A stretch of DNA of 64,000 nucleotides from Eubacteriales bacterium (GCA_045531455.1 JAZSEA010000060.1:5236-69235), one strand, 5' to 3'; shown: positions 16,684-26,520, counted from the first letter of the stretch. Made by a program: numbers and translations. Notes: generated by a model from the letters alone, not told the origin.

Positions 16684-17466
16684 TTATCCGAATACCTCGA
16701 TAAGCGCATTCAGAGCGTCCTCAATGACGGGAAGCTCGGGATGCCATTTCTTTTCCCACTCGAGCGAGAAATATCCGTCGTAACCTTGCTCTTCAAGATA
16801 CTCCGCCATAGCGCGCAAGGGAAGATCACCCTCGCCGGGAAGAACAAGCTTGTTGTCGGAAACGTCCTTGAGGTGTACGTGGCGTATCAGTGAAGAGAAA
16901 TGATCGCAGAAATCACGCCAATTATCTGCATAAGTCTGCCTCGTGTGGCAAATGTCCCAAATGAATCCGAAGTTGGGGTACTTACGGCATATCTCCGCAA
17001 CCGCGCCGAGCCTTTCAGCATTGTTGATATCTCCGTGCGTTTCAAGCAGAACGTCTACGTTTTTGTCAGACGCATATTGGCAAAGCTTCGAGATCCCACC
17101 TGCGATGCGAAGGAGACATTCGCCCTCATCTCCCTTGATATTGTTTCCGAAAACACGAATGGCACGGAATCCTATCTCTTGCGCAACGTCAATCGCGTAA
17201 AAACCTTCTTCAAGGAAATTATCAAGCTTTGACTCATCGTGAAACTTGCACGAAGTTCCGAGAACGAGCGGTGTTACGCCGCATTTTGCAAAAGTCGCCT
17301 TGGTCGCTTGACGGTTTTCGGGTAGAAGCTCCGCCATCTTGCGGATATCTACCTCGCCGCAAAGTCCGCGAAGCTCGAGAGCATCGACCGAAAAGCTCTG
17401 CGCAAGCGTAAGTACCTCGTCGAGGCTCCTTTCGGTGCATCCGAGCGTTGAAAAGCATAATTTCAT
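16684..17466 (-). CDS. sugar phosphate isomerase/epimerase (xylose isomerase-like TIM barrel)
   Basis: Family-typical segments LELRG, VLLETHG and YDGYFSLEWE. The start is set at MKLCFSTLGC (GGAAGGA RBS). The longer track ORF runs into the pnuC gene. Confidence 0.75.
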   Translation of the reverse strand: MKLCFSTLGCTERSLDEVLTLAQSFSVDALELRGLCGEVDIRKMAELLPENRQATKATFAKCGVTPLVLGTSCKFHDESKLDNFLEEGFYAIDVAQEIGFRAIRVFGNNIKGDEGECLLRIAGGISKLCQYASDKNVDVLLETHGDINNAERLGAVAEICRKYPNFGFIWDICHTRQTYADNWRDFCDHFSSLIRHVHLKDVSDNKLVLPGEGDLPLRAMAEYLEEQGYDGYFSLEWEKKWHPELPVIEDALNALIEVFG

Positions 17467-17558
17467 TTTGACCATTCCTTCCTCTGATTCACTGTATTTA
17501 TTATTATACCATGTTTTTCCGATTTTGCAATAGTAAATTGAAAAACAAGTCGTCCCTT

Positions 17559-18239
17559 TTATGATCTCTGCCTTTTCTCCATCCGTCTCCAGCTGATGAA
17601 GCCGTAAAGATCGTTTATAAGGAATGTGACGAAGCAAACCACGACGGAGACGTACGAGGGATCGTGAAACGACGCTATGACCCAAAGAATTATCAGTACG
17701 ACGTCGTTTGCAGCGTATGCAAGCGCAAAATAAGGACTCCTGCGGAAGGAAAGATAAACGGCGATAAAGCTCGTTGTGACGGAAAGCGTGCTTGGCAAGA
17801 GATTCGCGGTGTTGAAGAATTTCAGAATAAAATAGAAAATAAGCGTCACGGCCGCACTCAGTATCAGCATAAAAATCACTTCCTTGCGCCCGATCCTGTT
17901 AACCCTGACCTCGGATTTATTGCCGTTGTAGGGATTTTTAAGCCACGATATCAATGCAAATACCGCCATCGGGCAGGTCATACCGAGATAGGTAAGCATC
18001 TCGCCGTAATAAGCAAAGGAAAGCGATATAATGGCGTAGATTACGCTGAAAATGACCATAAGCAGCTGACCGAAGGGATTGCCCTTGGCGCAGAAGATAA
18101 GCGATGTCGCGCCTATCAGCGAGGCTATCAGCGTCAGCTCTCCCGAACGGTCAAATATCAAGTAAAAGAGCGTGATAAGTAAGAGGGAAGACCCCCATAA
18201 AGCAAGCTCAAATCTGCTGAAATATTTCGTAAGCTTCAT
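17559..18239 (-). CDS. pnuC: nicotinamide riboside transporter PnuC family
   Basis: Seven-TM protein with family-typical segments (WLKNPY, FISWRRM). The start is MKLTKYF with a GGAGG RBS. Confidence 0.75.
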   Translation of the reverse strand: MKLTKYFSRFELALWGSSLLLITLFYLIFDRSGELTLIASLIGATSLIFCAKGNPFGQLLMVIFSVIYAIISLSFAYYGEMLTYLGMTCPMAVFALISWLKNPYNGNKSEVRVNRIGRKEVIFMLILSAAVTLIFYFILKFFNTANLLPSTLSVTTSFIAVYLSFRRSPYFALAYAANDVVLIILWVIASFHDPSYVSVVVCFVTFLINDLYGFISWRRMEKRQRS

Positions 18240-18334
18240 AATTCCTCCAAAAAATAAGCATCCGAGACGCATCTTCAAAGACCTAACGATGCGCTCGAAT
18301 GCTACTACCCGGTGGCAGTTATTGATTTTTCTTA
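18240..18334 (-). promoter_or_regulatory. pnuC 5' leader with an intrinsic-terminator attenuator (candidate riboswitch or attenuator)
   Basis: About 95-nt leader. A 16-bp stem (18257-18273 pairing with 18288-18303) is followed on the minus strand by TTATTTTTTGGAGG, which runs into the RBS. Confidence 0.45.
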
Positions 18335-18363
18335 ATTATATCATAATTTATTGCAATTGTCAA
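18335..18363 (-). promoter_or_regulatory. consensus sigma-70 promoter for pnuC
   Basis: On the minus strand: TTGACA, 17 nt, TATAAT. The -35 overlaps the TGA stop of the upstream gene. Confidence 0.65.
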
Positions 18364-20027
18364 TCCTTCGGAAGGATCTCGATCTCTAATTCAATCTCGC
18401 TTTCAGATTCCGCGAAGAAGATCTTGTAATATCCGCTTCTGTTCTTTGCAACGATATTAGTTTTGCGAATCATTCCGCTTGTTTTGTATCTGCAGACCCA
18501 ACCGAGATAGGAAACCTCAATAATTCCGTTGCTGACAGTTATCTCGGTCTCGCGTTCTCCGTCAAAGGCGAAGATCGGTAGCATATGGATAACGGTACCC
18601 TCGCCCGTGATCTTTATTGCAACGCCGTCCGAAGAAAGGCGGTATTCACCCGTGAGACCTTCCGCATATCCGAGAATAGCGAAAGCATCGCCGTCCCCGT
18701 GACCGTGCGAGATTATCTTTATCGGCTCGTCGGAATCGCAGGCAAAGAAGACCTCGCCGTCGGATATTTTACCGGGACAAAGCGAGGCACGGTACTTTTC
18801 ATCCGAATCGACTCTGTAATTCGGCTCGTCGGCGCAGGGAAGAGTCATACAGATCGCAGATGGCGCGCCATAACGGTGAACTCTGCCGAGACCCGATGAG
18901 TCGTAATGCGGGTCACCGTTTGTATCAAACTCAAGGGAGTAACCACCCGCGCGGAGGAATAGCTTGTGGAAATGCTCCGAGGTCTCAAGATCGGCGGGAG
19001 AATCGTCGAATTCCGTAGACTCGATCGAATCGTCGCATAGCATGAAAGCAGAGAAAATATGCGACGCCGTTGTGATCATATACTTGTCGAAATAAGCATA
19101 TTTTTCGCATCCGTATTTAGTTTCGGTCGGGAAACGGTTCTTGACGTGTCGGATCGGCTCTTTTGAGAGCCAGTATTCGGTCATTTCCATAGCGCGAGCG
19201 ATCGCCGCCTTGAATTTTCCGGCAAGTATAAAATCACCCTCGCGCGCGTATCTGTTTGCCTCGTATTCAAATATCGTGGCAAGCAGACCCTCGTTGTGGA
19301 CGAACTGATTGCTCCTTCCGCCAAAGGCGACCTCACCCGTGACCGACTGCATCTCGAGCGTCATAAGCGCGGTCTCCTTGAGAACCTTGTTGATCCGTTC
19401 ACGGTAAGGTCCGTTATATCCGAAATGCATAAGAAGACATAAGAGATAACGCGGAACAAGATCATAGATGATCGGCTGATGCGCGTAATGCTTGGTATTG
19501 TCACGGTACATTCCGTTCGAGTCGAGTCTGCCAAGCTGATTTTCTATCTGAATCTCGATGAATTTATCCGAATCGCACCCGATAAGCTTTTTCCGTGCAA
19601 ATTCACTCAAAGCAGAGAAGAGAGCCCAGTTTCCTATCACTTGATCTGCCTTCACTGCAAATTTGTCGTAGCATTTATGCGGCTCGATCAAAGCAAGATC
19701 GCGCTTCCAGCCTTCGATATTCGACGCGAATTTGCCGAGCCGTTCAAGCTCCATAATGCAGAAAACGATCTCGCGCACGGAAAAATCGTTAGCCGCCTTA
19801 ACACGGGGTATCTCGCGGCAGCAGAGATCCATCATCTCAATGAAGAGCGGCTCAAGCTCCGTACGGTATCCGTGAGAGATGAGCACGCCGAGATTGACCG
19901 TCAGACGCGGAAAGCCGTGCTCTGTCAAGCCCTCGGTCTTAACGCGCTCAAAATATTCGCTTATGTGCCCGTCGGTGTATGCGCCGAGGGCTTTTGACAT
20001 CAATTCAAGATATTTCTTTTTCATCAC
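18360..20027 (-). CDS. hypothetical protein (last gene of the redox operon)
   Basis: 555 aa. Overlaps the upstream gene by 4 nt. No motif I can name with confidence. Confidence 0.5.
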   Translation of the reverse strand: MMKKKYLELMSKALGAYTDGHISEYFERVKTEGLTEHGFPRLTVNLGVLISHGYRTELEPLFIEMMDLCCREIPRVKAANDFSVREIVFCIMELERLGKFASNIEGWKRDLALIEPHKCYDKFAVKADQVIGNWALFSALSEFARKKLIGCDSDKFIEIQIENQLGRLDSNGMYRDNTKHYAHQPIIYDLVPRYLLCLLMHFGYNGPYRERINKVLKETALMTLEMQSVTGEVAFGGRSNQFVHNEGLLATIFEYEANRYAREGDFILAGKFKAAIARAMEMTEYWLSKEPIRHVKNRFPTETKYGCEKYAYFDKYMITTASHIFSAFMLCDDSIESTEFDDSPADLETSEHFHKLFLRAGGYSLEFDTNGDPHYDSSGLGRVHRYGAPSAICMTLPCADEPNYRVDSDEKYRASLCPGKISDGEVFFACDSDEPIKIISHGHGDGDAFAILGYAEGLTGEYRLSSDGVAIKITGEGTVIHMLPIFAFDGERETEITVSNGIIEVSYLGWVCRYKTSGMIRKTNIVAKNRSGYYKIFFAESESEIELEIEILPKD

Positions 20028-21013
20028 GCCATCGTTTCGAGCATCTTTTCGCTGACCTCATAAAGACAAGGCTCACCCGAAATGAATCGCTCGTACTCCT
20101 CGATGATATATTCAGCCATACGGTGCGTCTCGCTCTCAAGACTTCCCGCAATATGCGGAGTCAGGAAACAGTTGGGGAGCGAATAGAATGCGTGACCCTC
20201 TGCGGGCGGCTCGGGGTAGGTGACGTCAAGGATCGCCGTGACGTCGGGACGCTCCTCAAGCAGCTTTACAAGATCGGGCTCGACAACCTGCGCGCCCCTG
20301 CCCGTGTTGATAAATGTAGAGTAGGGAAGCATCCTCGAGAAGCAGGAATAATCAAGCATCCCCTTCGTCTGCGCGTTGTTTGCCATATGATTGGTCACAA
20401 CACGGCAACGTTCGAAAAGCTCGTGGAGCGAGCATTTCTCGATGCCGAGAGCCGCGGCTCTTTCGTCCGAAAGGAAGGGATCGAACGCAAGAACGCCGAG
20501 CTTGTAATCCTTAAGTCTCTCGGCAACCTGTGAGCCTATCATACCAACGCCGATGATTCCGACGTACTCGCCGTAATTGCCGGGATAAGAAGCCTTCATA
20601 ACCTTGCCCGCCTCGCGGTTGCCCTTCTTCATCTCGCGTGAATGAGCGAAAAATCCCTTGTTCGCAAGAATGATCTGCGCGAGAGTATATTCAACTACGG
20701 GAACCGCATTTGCCGCCCACGCGCTGAAAACCTTGACTCCGCAATGAAGGAAGGGGCGCGCAAACGCCTGAACGCTTCCCGCGGCATAGAAAACGCATTT
20801 GAGATTCGGGAAGCAGACCTTGATCTCCTCCTCGCTCATCGCGGGCATTCCCCAGGTCGAAAAAATATATTCAACTTCGGCAAATGCATCGGGATCGGCA
20901 ATAACGTCGGCGTAGGTATAAACTTTTTTGACAATATTGAGCTTATCAAAGCTGTCGGCGTAGACCTTTTCTACGCTGCCTTTTTTATTACATAAGAAAA
21001 TAGATTTCATCAT
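20024..21013 (-). CDS. D-isomer-specific 2-hydroxyacid dehydrogenase family protein
   Basis: NAD-binding GIIGVGMIGSQVA, plus catalytic-region NTGRG and TPHIAG. The start is set at the ATG with a GAGAGG RBS. Confidence 0.8.
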   Translation of the reverse strand: MMKSIFLCNKKGSVEKVYADSFDKLNIVKKVYTYADVIADPDAFAEVEYIFSTWGMPAMSEEEIKVCFPNLKCVFYAAGSVQAFARPFLHCGVKVFSAWAANAVPVVEYTLAQIILANKGFFAHSREMKKGNREAGKVMKASYPGNYGEYVGIIGVGMIGSQVAERLKDYKLGVLAFDPFLSDERAAALGIEKCSLHELFERCRVVTNHMANNAQTKGMLDYSCFSRMLPYSTFINTGRGAQVVEPDLVKLLEERPDVTAILDVTYPEPPAEGHAFYSLPNCFLTPHIAGSLESETHRMAEYIIEEYERFISGEPCLYEVSEKMLETMA

Positions 21014-21040
21014 AAAACCTCTCAAATGAATGGTCTGCGG

Positions 21041-22933
21041 TCAAGTGTGGTTTTGAGTGCATTCTCTGTATTCGCGCCAGACGGTCTCAAAGCTCTCGTC
21101 CTCGGGAGGCATCTTTCTGACGATCCTGCGTGCGCAGATCAGATCGCCTCCGCAGAGCCTGACAGAGCGGATGATCTTTTTGTGTGCCTCACTCTCGGGC
21201 AGAGTGAATGCGAAAATATCTTCAAGCCCGTCGGGAGCTTCGCCATTTTCATCGGTATAAAGCGCAGAACCGCGCGAGATCTTCTGATTCTTTGCAAAAT
21301 CAAGCATCGAAGTCAGCACCGCGAACTGAACTGTCAGCGTGTCGATAAGAAGATAAAGCGAACGCATCTCCTCGACCGACGGAAGGGTATAGATCCTTTG
21401 AATAAGCGGGAGCACGCTCTTGATCTCGTTGAGATATCTCTCCATCTCTGCGGGATTTCTTATCGCCGCCGCGGATGCGCTCATCGACTTCCTCGCCGTC
21501 CCGAGCCTTGCATCAACGTCAATTATCGAAGGAGCGGAAGGATCGAGGATGATCAGATCGCTGTAATCGAGATTATCGATGACCACTTGGCTAGTACGTG
21601 AACTTACGGATATCGCCTCAGCCGCACGAAGCGCGCCAACCTGTCCCGCATTGAGCGCGCTACCGCCCGGACGCGTGATACCGTGGGTTCCCGCAGCCTC
21701 ACCGACTGCGTAAAGTCCGCGCACGTTGCTTTCCCAGTTATCGTTTACAGCAACTCCGCCGTTGCAATGCTGTGCGCAGAGCGCGATCTCGAGGCGTTCG
21801 CATTCAAGATCAACTCCCTTCGAGCGGTAAAGCTCGTATGCGGGCTCGTTCATCTTTCGCAGACGCTCTATCGGACTGCCGAAGCAAGCATCCGCTTTTT
21901 TGAGATAAGCGCAAGCCTCATCGGAAAGCTTCTCGAATTCAATTGTTTCAAGCCCGAAAGGATTCTTTGTGTAATCAAGATATATTTTGCGCCCGCGCAT
22001 TATGCTTTCGCGGTACACGAGCAGGTCGATCAATGAAGAACCCTCGCGTGCCTTGTTTACGTCAAAGGGCCATTGATAACCCTTCATAAAGAGCGCGGAC
22101 ATAGCCTCGTAAGCGTCAAAGAAGTATTCCCAAAGGAACTCGCGCTCTTTTCCGTTTTCATCGACAGAAACAAGCCTCGGGAGCACCTGCATATACGTAC
22201 CCGAAACGTTCCATCTCGGTGAGACGGAAGCAAGGCCGTATTGCCATTCTGTGAGATTCTGCAGAGCCGCACCCGCGTTCAGCGCAAGCGAGGTCATACC
22301 GTGATGACACTCGGGATAAACGCTGTCCGAGTAAATCCCCGCGGGACCGCCCGTGGCAATAACGACGTTCGGCGCGGAAAAGCTGACATAATCGCCCGAT
22401 CCGAGATCAAGGCAGATAAGCCCGCGAACGCCCTCGTCATCCCTGAGTATCTTTATAGCAAGCATACGGTCAAAGATCGGGATACCGAGTGCTTGAGCCT
22501 TCTTCTCGAGAGCCTCGGTCATATATTTGGATGTCAGAGGCCCCGCACTCGTCGCACGAGCCATCGGATCGTGATCGGTCTTATAGCCAACGAATTCGCC
22601 GTAACGGTTTGAGGGGAAAGGCACACCTGCCTCGCAGAGATTCAGAAAGCATCTTGCCGAAAGCGAAGCCTCGCAAAGCGCGATGTCGCCGTCAACGCAA
22701 CCCCCGCTGTACAGCGTCTCTGCCATATTCCGAACGCTGTCGGGAGTACTGCCCGAAAGTGAGAGCTTGTAATATGTCTGCTTGTCGCTTCCCGTGTTTC
22801 TTGAGGTGCCGCAATTAATTCCCTCGGTCACGATACAAACGATCTTTCTGCCGATCTCCGCGATCCTGCAAGCCGTTCCGAATCCCGCGGCACCGCTGCC
22901 GATGACCACGGAATCAAATGAATAATTCTTCAT
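21041..22933 (-). CDS. FAD-dependent oxidoreductase (FAD_binding_2, fumarate reductase / KstD-like flavoprotein)
   Basis: N-terminal DSVVIGSGAAG dinucleotide fold. The distal motif GLYAVGEAAGTHG is typical of the family. Confidence 0.75.
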   Translation of the reverse strand: MKNYSFDSVVIGSGAAGFGTACRIAEIGRKIVCIVTEGINCGTSRNTGSDKQTYYKLSLSGSTPDSVRNMAETLYSGGCVDGDIALCEASLSARCFLNLCEAGVPFPSNRYGEFVGYKTDHDPMARATSAGPLTSKYMTEALEKKAQALGIPIFDRMLAIKILRDDEGVRGLICLDLGSGDYVSFSAPNVVIATGGPAGIYSDSVYPECHHGMTSLALNAGAALQNLTEWQYGLASVSPRWNVSGTYMQVLPRLVSVDENGKEREFLWEYFFDAYEAMSALFMKGYQWPFDVNKAREGSSLIDLLVYRESIMRGRKIYLDYTKNPFGLETIEFEKLSDEACAYLKKADACFGSPIERLRKMNEPAYELYRSKGVDLECERLEIALCAQHCNGGVAVNDNWESNVRGLYAVGEAAGTHGITRPGGSALNAGQVGALRAAEAISVSSRTSQVVIDNLDYSDLIILDPSAPSIIDVDARLGTARKSMSASAAAIRNPAEMERYLNEIKSVLPLIQRIYTLPSVEEMRSLYLLIDTLTVQFAVLTSMLDFAKNQKISRGSALYTDENGEAPDGLEDIFAFTLPESEAHKKIIRSVRLCGGDLICARRIVRKMPPEDESFETVWREYRECTQNHT

Positions 22934-23671
22934 TTAGAGTCTCCTTAAATGGAATCCGCCGTCAACGTCGATTGACTGCCCCGTGACGTAGGGAAGAGCA
23001 CCCGATACGAGTGCGTAGACCGCGTCCGCAATATCCTCGGGCTCACCCCAACGTGCGATCGGAAGTAGACCGCCGCCGATCAGACCATCATATTTCTCCT
23101 TGACCTTTGCGGTCATATCCGTGGCAATAATACCGGGACGGACCTCGTTTACGGGAATTCCGTATTCGGCAAGCCTGTCGGCAAAGAGCTTCGTGATCAT
23201 CGAAACTCCGGCCTTGGAAATGCAGTATTCTCCGCGGCTCGTAGAGCTTGTATATGCGGAAAGGGAAGATATATTGCAAATACTACCGCGCATACCGCCG
23301 ACAGCCTCGTTTTTTATCATCTCTTTGGCAACCGCCTGAGTCAGAAAGAGAGTTCCCTTCGTGTTGATATCCATAACACGGTCATAGCTCTCCTCGGTCA
23401 TTTCAAGCAGATCGCGTCGCTCAAGCGGAGCAACCCCCGCAACGTTTACAAGCGCATCAATCTTGCCGAACTGTTCTATCGCAGTTGCAACGAGCCTCTG
23501 TCTGTCCTCTGAAGATGAGAGATCACCCGATACGTAGTTGAAATCTTCCGATGAGAAATCAGATTTCTCAGCTCTTCCCATACCGGTTACAAGGTATCCC
23601 GCATCAAGAAATTTTCTGACGCAAGCCGCACCGATACCACGAGTACAGCCGCTGATAATTACGTGCTTCAT
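22934..23671 (-). CDS. SDR family oxidoreductase
   Basis: ISGCTRGIG (TGxxxGIG-type) cofactor motif and the YCISK catalytic Tyr-x3-Lys. Confidence 0.85.
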   Translation of the reverse strand: MKHVIISGCTRGIGAACVRKFLDAGYLVTGMGRAEKSDFSSEDFNYVSGDLSSSEDRQRLVATAIEQFGKIDALVNVAGVAPLERRDLLEMTEESYDRVMDINTKGTLFLTQAVAKEMIKNEAVGGMRGSICNISSLSAYTSSTSRGEYCISKAGVSMITKLFADRLAEYGIPVNEVRPGIIATDMTAKVKEKYDGLIGGGLLPIARWGEPEDIADAVYALVSGALPYVTGQSIDVDGGFHLRRL

Positions 23672-24984
23672 TTGTGATTCTCCTTGAATTCGCGGTAGAT
23701 ATCTGTGTAAAGCTTATCGCGTACGACACAACCGGGAGTGCCTCCCGCACGCATCATCTCCGAGCATTTCGAGCAGCAGATGCATATTTTTTCCTTCTTG
23801 AATCCGCCCGAGAGAATATCCTTCGCAAAATCAGGATACGCAAGAATAGTTCTTCCGAATCCGCAGAAATCAAATCCGCCGTCGCGCACAAATCCCGCGC
23901 AAACCTCGGGTGCCGTAACGCCGAGATATGAGAGAGCTGAGGAAATGATCTTGATCTCGGGAACCTCGCGCTTGAGATCCGCAATACCGTGAAGCATACG
24001 TGCAACGCCCTCAAGCGGATGCTCCTCGGGCTCGTAACCGCCGAGAGCAAAGGGACGGTTTACGTGCGGATTGAAGTAGGGATTTCCCATCGTAATATTC
24101 AGAAGCTCAACGCCGAGATCGCGGAGCTCTTTGAGCAGCCAAACGGGCTCTTCCTTGTCAAATTCGATCCCACCGTTCTTCGATACACCGAATCCGTAAG
24201 GATAGGGGAAGCCGTCGTATACGTTGAGACGGGATGAAACAATGAAATCCTTACCCGTAGATTTCATAGCACCTTCGATGCATTCGCGCAGAAGTCTCGT
24301 TCTGTTTTCGAGAGAGCCGCCGTACTTACCCTCGCGCTCATAAGCCGAAAGAAGCTCGGAGTTGATATACCTGTGACAGCATTTGATATCAACGCCGTCA
24401 AAGCCCGCCTCTTCTGCCAGCCTTGACGATTCGATCAAAGCCGCGCCGATGCGGTCAAGCTCGTCATCGGAAAGAATACGGCTCTTGTCGATCGGCTTGT
24501 CACCCTCAAATATCGGATTGTTGTAAGCAATAAGAGGCTCGGGTACGCCGTGCGGCTTGCTGTATCTGCCCGAATGAGTCGCCTGCATAATGACAAGGGG
24601 CTCGAATCCGTTTGCCTTAATTGCGTTTTCCTTGATCTCATTTACGATCTTTTTGAAGCTGTCGAGATTGTCCTTTTTTATCCAAAGCTGACGCGGATTC
24701 GCGCGTCCGTCCTCGTGGCAAGCGGTAGCCTCGAACCAGATAATACCCGCGCCGCCCTCGGCAAGTCTCTTGTATCTTCGGATGGTGAGCTCTGCGGGAG
24801 TACCGTCTGCGTTACCGTCGCATCCCTCCATAGCCTGGCAGGCAAGCCTGTTATATACCGTCTTGTTACCGACGGTAATCTGCTCTCCGAGCACAGAGAG
24901 ATCTTCGGAAAATGGCAGATTTGTCTTAAGTTCAATATTCTGTGCCGAGAATTCCTCGGCGGAAGTATATACACGTCTGTTCAT
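23668..24984 (-). CDS. NADH:flavin oxidoreductase (Old Yellow Enzyme family) with a C-terminal Cys cluster
   Basis: OYE TIM-barrel segments (QATHSGRY, GFDGVDIKCCHRY). C-terminal CICCSKCSEMMRAGGTPGC, an Fe-S-type spacing. Confidence 0.75.
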   Translation of the reverse strand: MNRRVYTSAEEFSAQNIELKTNLPFSEDLSVLGEQITVGNKTVYNRLACQAMEGCDGNADGTPAELTIRRYKRLAEGGAGIIWFEATACHEDGRANPRQLWIKKDNLDSFKKIVNEIKENAIKANGFEPLVIMQATHSGRYSKPHGVPEPLIAYNNPIFEGDKPIDKSRILSDDELDRIGAALIESSRLAEEAGFDGVDIKCCHRYINSELLSAYEREGKYGGSLENRTRLLRECIEGAMKSTGKDFIVSSRLNVYDGFPYPYGFGVSKNGGIEFDKEEPVWLLKELRDLGVELLNITMGNPYFNPHVNRPFALGGYEPEEHPLEGVARMLHGIADLKREVPEIKIISSALSYLGVTAPEVCAGFVRDGGFDFCGFGRTILAYPDFAKDILSGGFKKEKICICCSKCSEMMRAGGTPGCVVRDKLYTDIYREFKENHK

Positions 24985-25020
24985 TGTATTTCCTTTTGAT
25001 CTGTGATCGTTATGATGTCG

Positions 25021-26520
25021 TTATTGCAGGTTTTCGTATGTAAGAAGGAAATCGTCTACCGATTTAAGGAATACTCGCTTGGATGTATTGAGATAGGAAG
25101 CAAGATCCGCCTTCGGAGTAGTGTTGAAGCGGAAGAGCGTTCTCGGAGCATCCTCAAGGCAGGAATAATATACGAACATAAAACTGATAGTCGCGTTTTC
25201 GCGGATGATATCAAGCATCTGGCTCATATTAGGATCCGAAGCATACTTGCTCTTCAAGGTTGATTCATAGTAAACGGGAGAAACCTCGGTATATCCGAAG
25301 TAAGCCTCGCACTCGATGAATTTTGATACAAGATCAAGATCGGTTTGAGTCTGCGGGATGAAGAATGTCGATGTGGAGGTTCCGATCTGGGTGAGATACT
25401 TCTCCTGATCCTTGTCATACTTGGGAATAGGGATGATACCGTAATCGTTATCCATATCGCGGATATACTCCGTAGCGTAGATATAGTTGGTCATCATAGC
25501 AACTCTGCCCTCTGCAAAGGATTCGCGGGGAGGGTACTTACCGTTGCCCTTGCTTGCTGAGTCGAGAGCTTTTACTCCGGGAACCGTGGTGTAGTAGGTT
25601 CTCAGCTTGCTGTATGCGCTGTCAAGCCGATCGGTAAGACCGTAATAGGTATATGTTCCGTCTTTGCTCATATCGATTACCTGAATATCCAAAGCAGTCA
25701 TCCAGGTGCCGTTCGGAACCGATTCGCCGAAATACGCAAAGCGGTCATTGTCGATATCATACTGACCGTCGCCGTTGATGTCACTTGACATATCAGCAGT
25801 CAGCTCGAGGAATTTATCAAGAGTCCAGTCGTCACTGCGGACAAGATCATATAGGTTTACGTCGGATTTCAGATCGCGCCAAAGGTCTACGTTGAAGTAT
25901 ACGACGGAGAGGTCCTTGTAGAGAGAAAGCGAGTGGTCGCTGAGAATTCCGTAAAGCTTGCCCTTTATACCGAATTGTTCCGTCATTTCGGCTACGTACC
26001 AAGCCTGATCGAGATTATTGTACTGCAGATCGTGAACGTTGACGAACACGCTCTGCTGAGAAAGCGGAAGAGTGACGGTAAGCCAGTTGTTGACAAGATC
26101 GAATGAGTCGTCGCCCGATGCCCAGGCGTTGGTGATCTTTGCATTGAAGGTCTTGCGCGAAGCATAAATGCCCGATTCATAGATCAGATCGATCTCAATT
26201 CCGAGGTAATCCTCAACCATACCGTCTTTTTTAAAGATCGAATCGTTGACGATATCGCCATTTTCGGAGTCGATGTTGAATTCGTAAGATGTAGCGGTGT
26301 TTGTGAGGATAGTGAAGGCTTCTTTACCGTTGTCCTCTTTTGCGAATCCGAGAGTATCCTCCAATGTAGGCTCGTCGGTTTCTTCGGGGTTATTCGGAGC
26401 TTCGGTCCTTTGTACGGGAGCTGCCGTGGTATCGTTAGCGGGCTCTGCCGTATCGGTACAGCCTGCAAGAATAGCGGGGAGCAATAGCGCGATTAGTAAT
26501 AATACTGAAATGCGTTTCAT
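25021..26520 (-). CDS. extracellular solute-binding lipoprotein (ABC-type, family 1-like)
   Basis: Signal peptide with lipobox LAGC. About 500 aa with a Thr/Pro/Glu-rich linker. Confidence 0.7.
   Translation of the reverse strand: MKRISVLLLIALLLPAILAGCTDTAEPANDTTAAPVQRTEAPNNPEETDEPTLEDTLGFAKEDNGKEAFTILTNTATSYEFNIDSENGDIVNDSIFKKDGMVEDYLGIEIDLIYESGIYASRKTFNAKITNAWASGDDSFDLVNNWLTVTLPLSQQSVFVNVHDLQYNNLDQAWYVAEMTEQFGIKGKLYGILSDHSLSLYKDLSVVYFNVDLWRDLKSDVNLYDLVRSDDWTLDKFLELTADMSSDINGDGQYDIDNDRFAYFGESVPNGTWMTALDIQVIDMSKDGTYTYYGLTDRLDSAYSKLRTYYTTVPGVKALDSASKGNGKYPPRESFAEGRVAMMTNYIYATEYIRDMDNDYGIIPIPKYDKDQEKYLTQIGTSTSTFFIPQTQTDLDLVSKFIECEAYFGYTEVSPVYYESTLKSKYASDPNMSQMLDIIRENATISFMFVYYSCLEDAPRTLFRFNTTPKADLASYLNTSKRVFLKSVDDFLLTYENLQ

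Noticed and set aside
15748-17466. Prophage or ICE integrated at tRNA-Leu, which would explain the duplicated tRNA 3' segments
   Set aside because: No integrase, recombinase or phage gene follows either tRNA within the window. The DNA beyond the repeats is a convergent sugar-isomerase gene at one locus and a sigma operon at the other. Only a miniature, non-autonomous element remains conceivable, and that is kept as a hypothesis in the findings.
18240-18334. Assigning the pnuC leader to a known riboswitch class (NAD+-II/pnuC motif, TPP or FMN)
   Set aside because: The region upstream of the terminator is only about 30 nt, too short for TPP or FMN aptamers. I could not match the NAD+-II consensus from memory, so it is reported only as an unclassified attenuator candidate.
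20024-24984. Calling the OYE/SDR/FAD cluster a bile-acid (bai) or bilirubin-reductase (BilR) locus
   Set aside because: The OYE protein is a short form without the extra FAD/NAD domain of BaiCD/BaiH. No bai-specific genes (CoA ligase/transferase, dehydratase) are present. I cannot verify diagnostic active-site residues without alignments.
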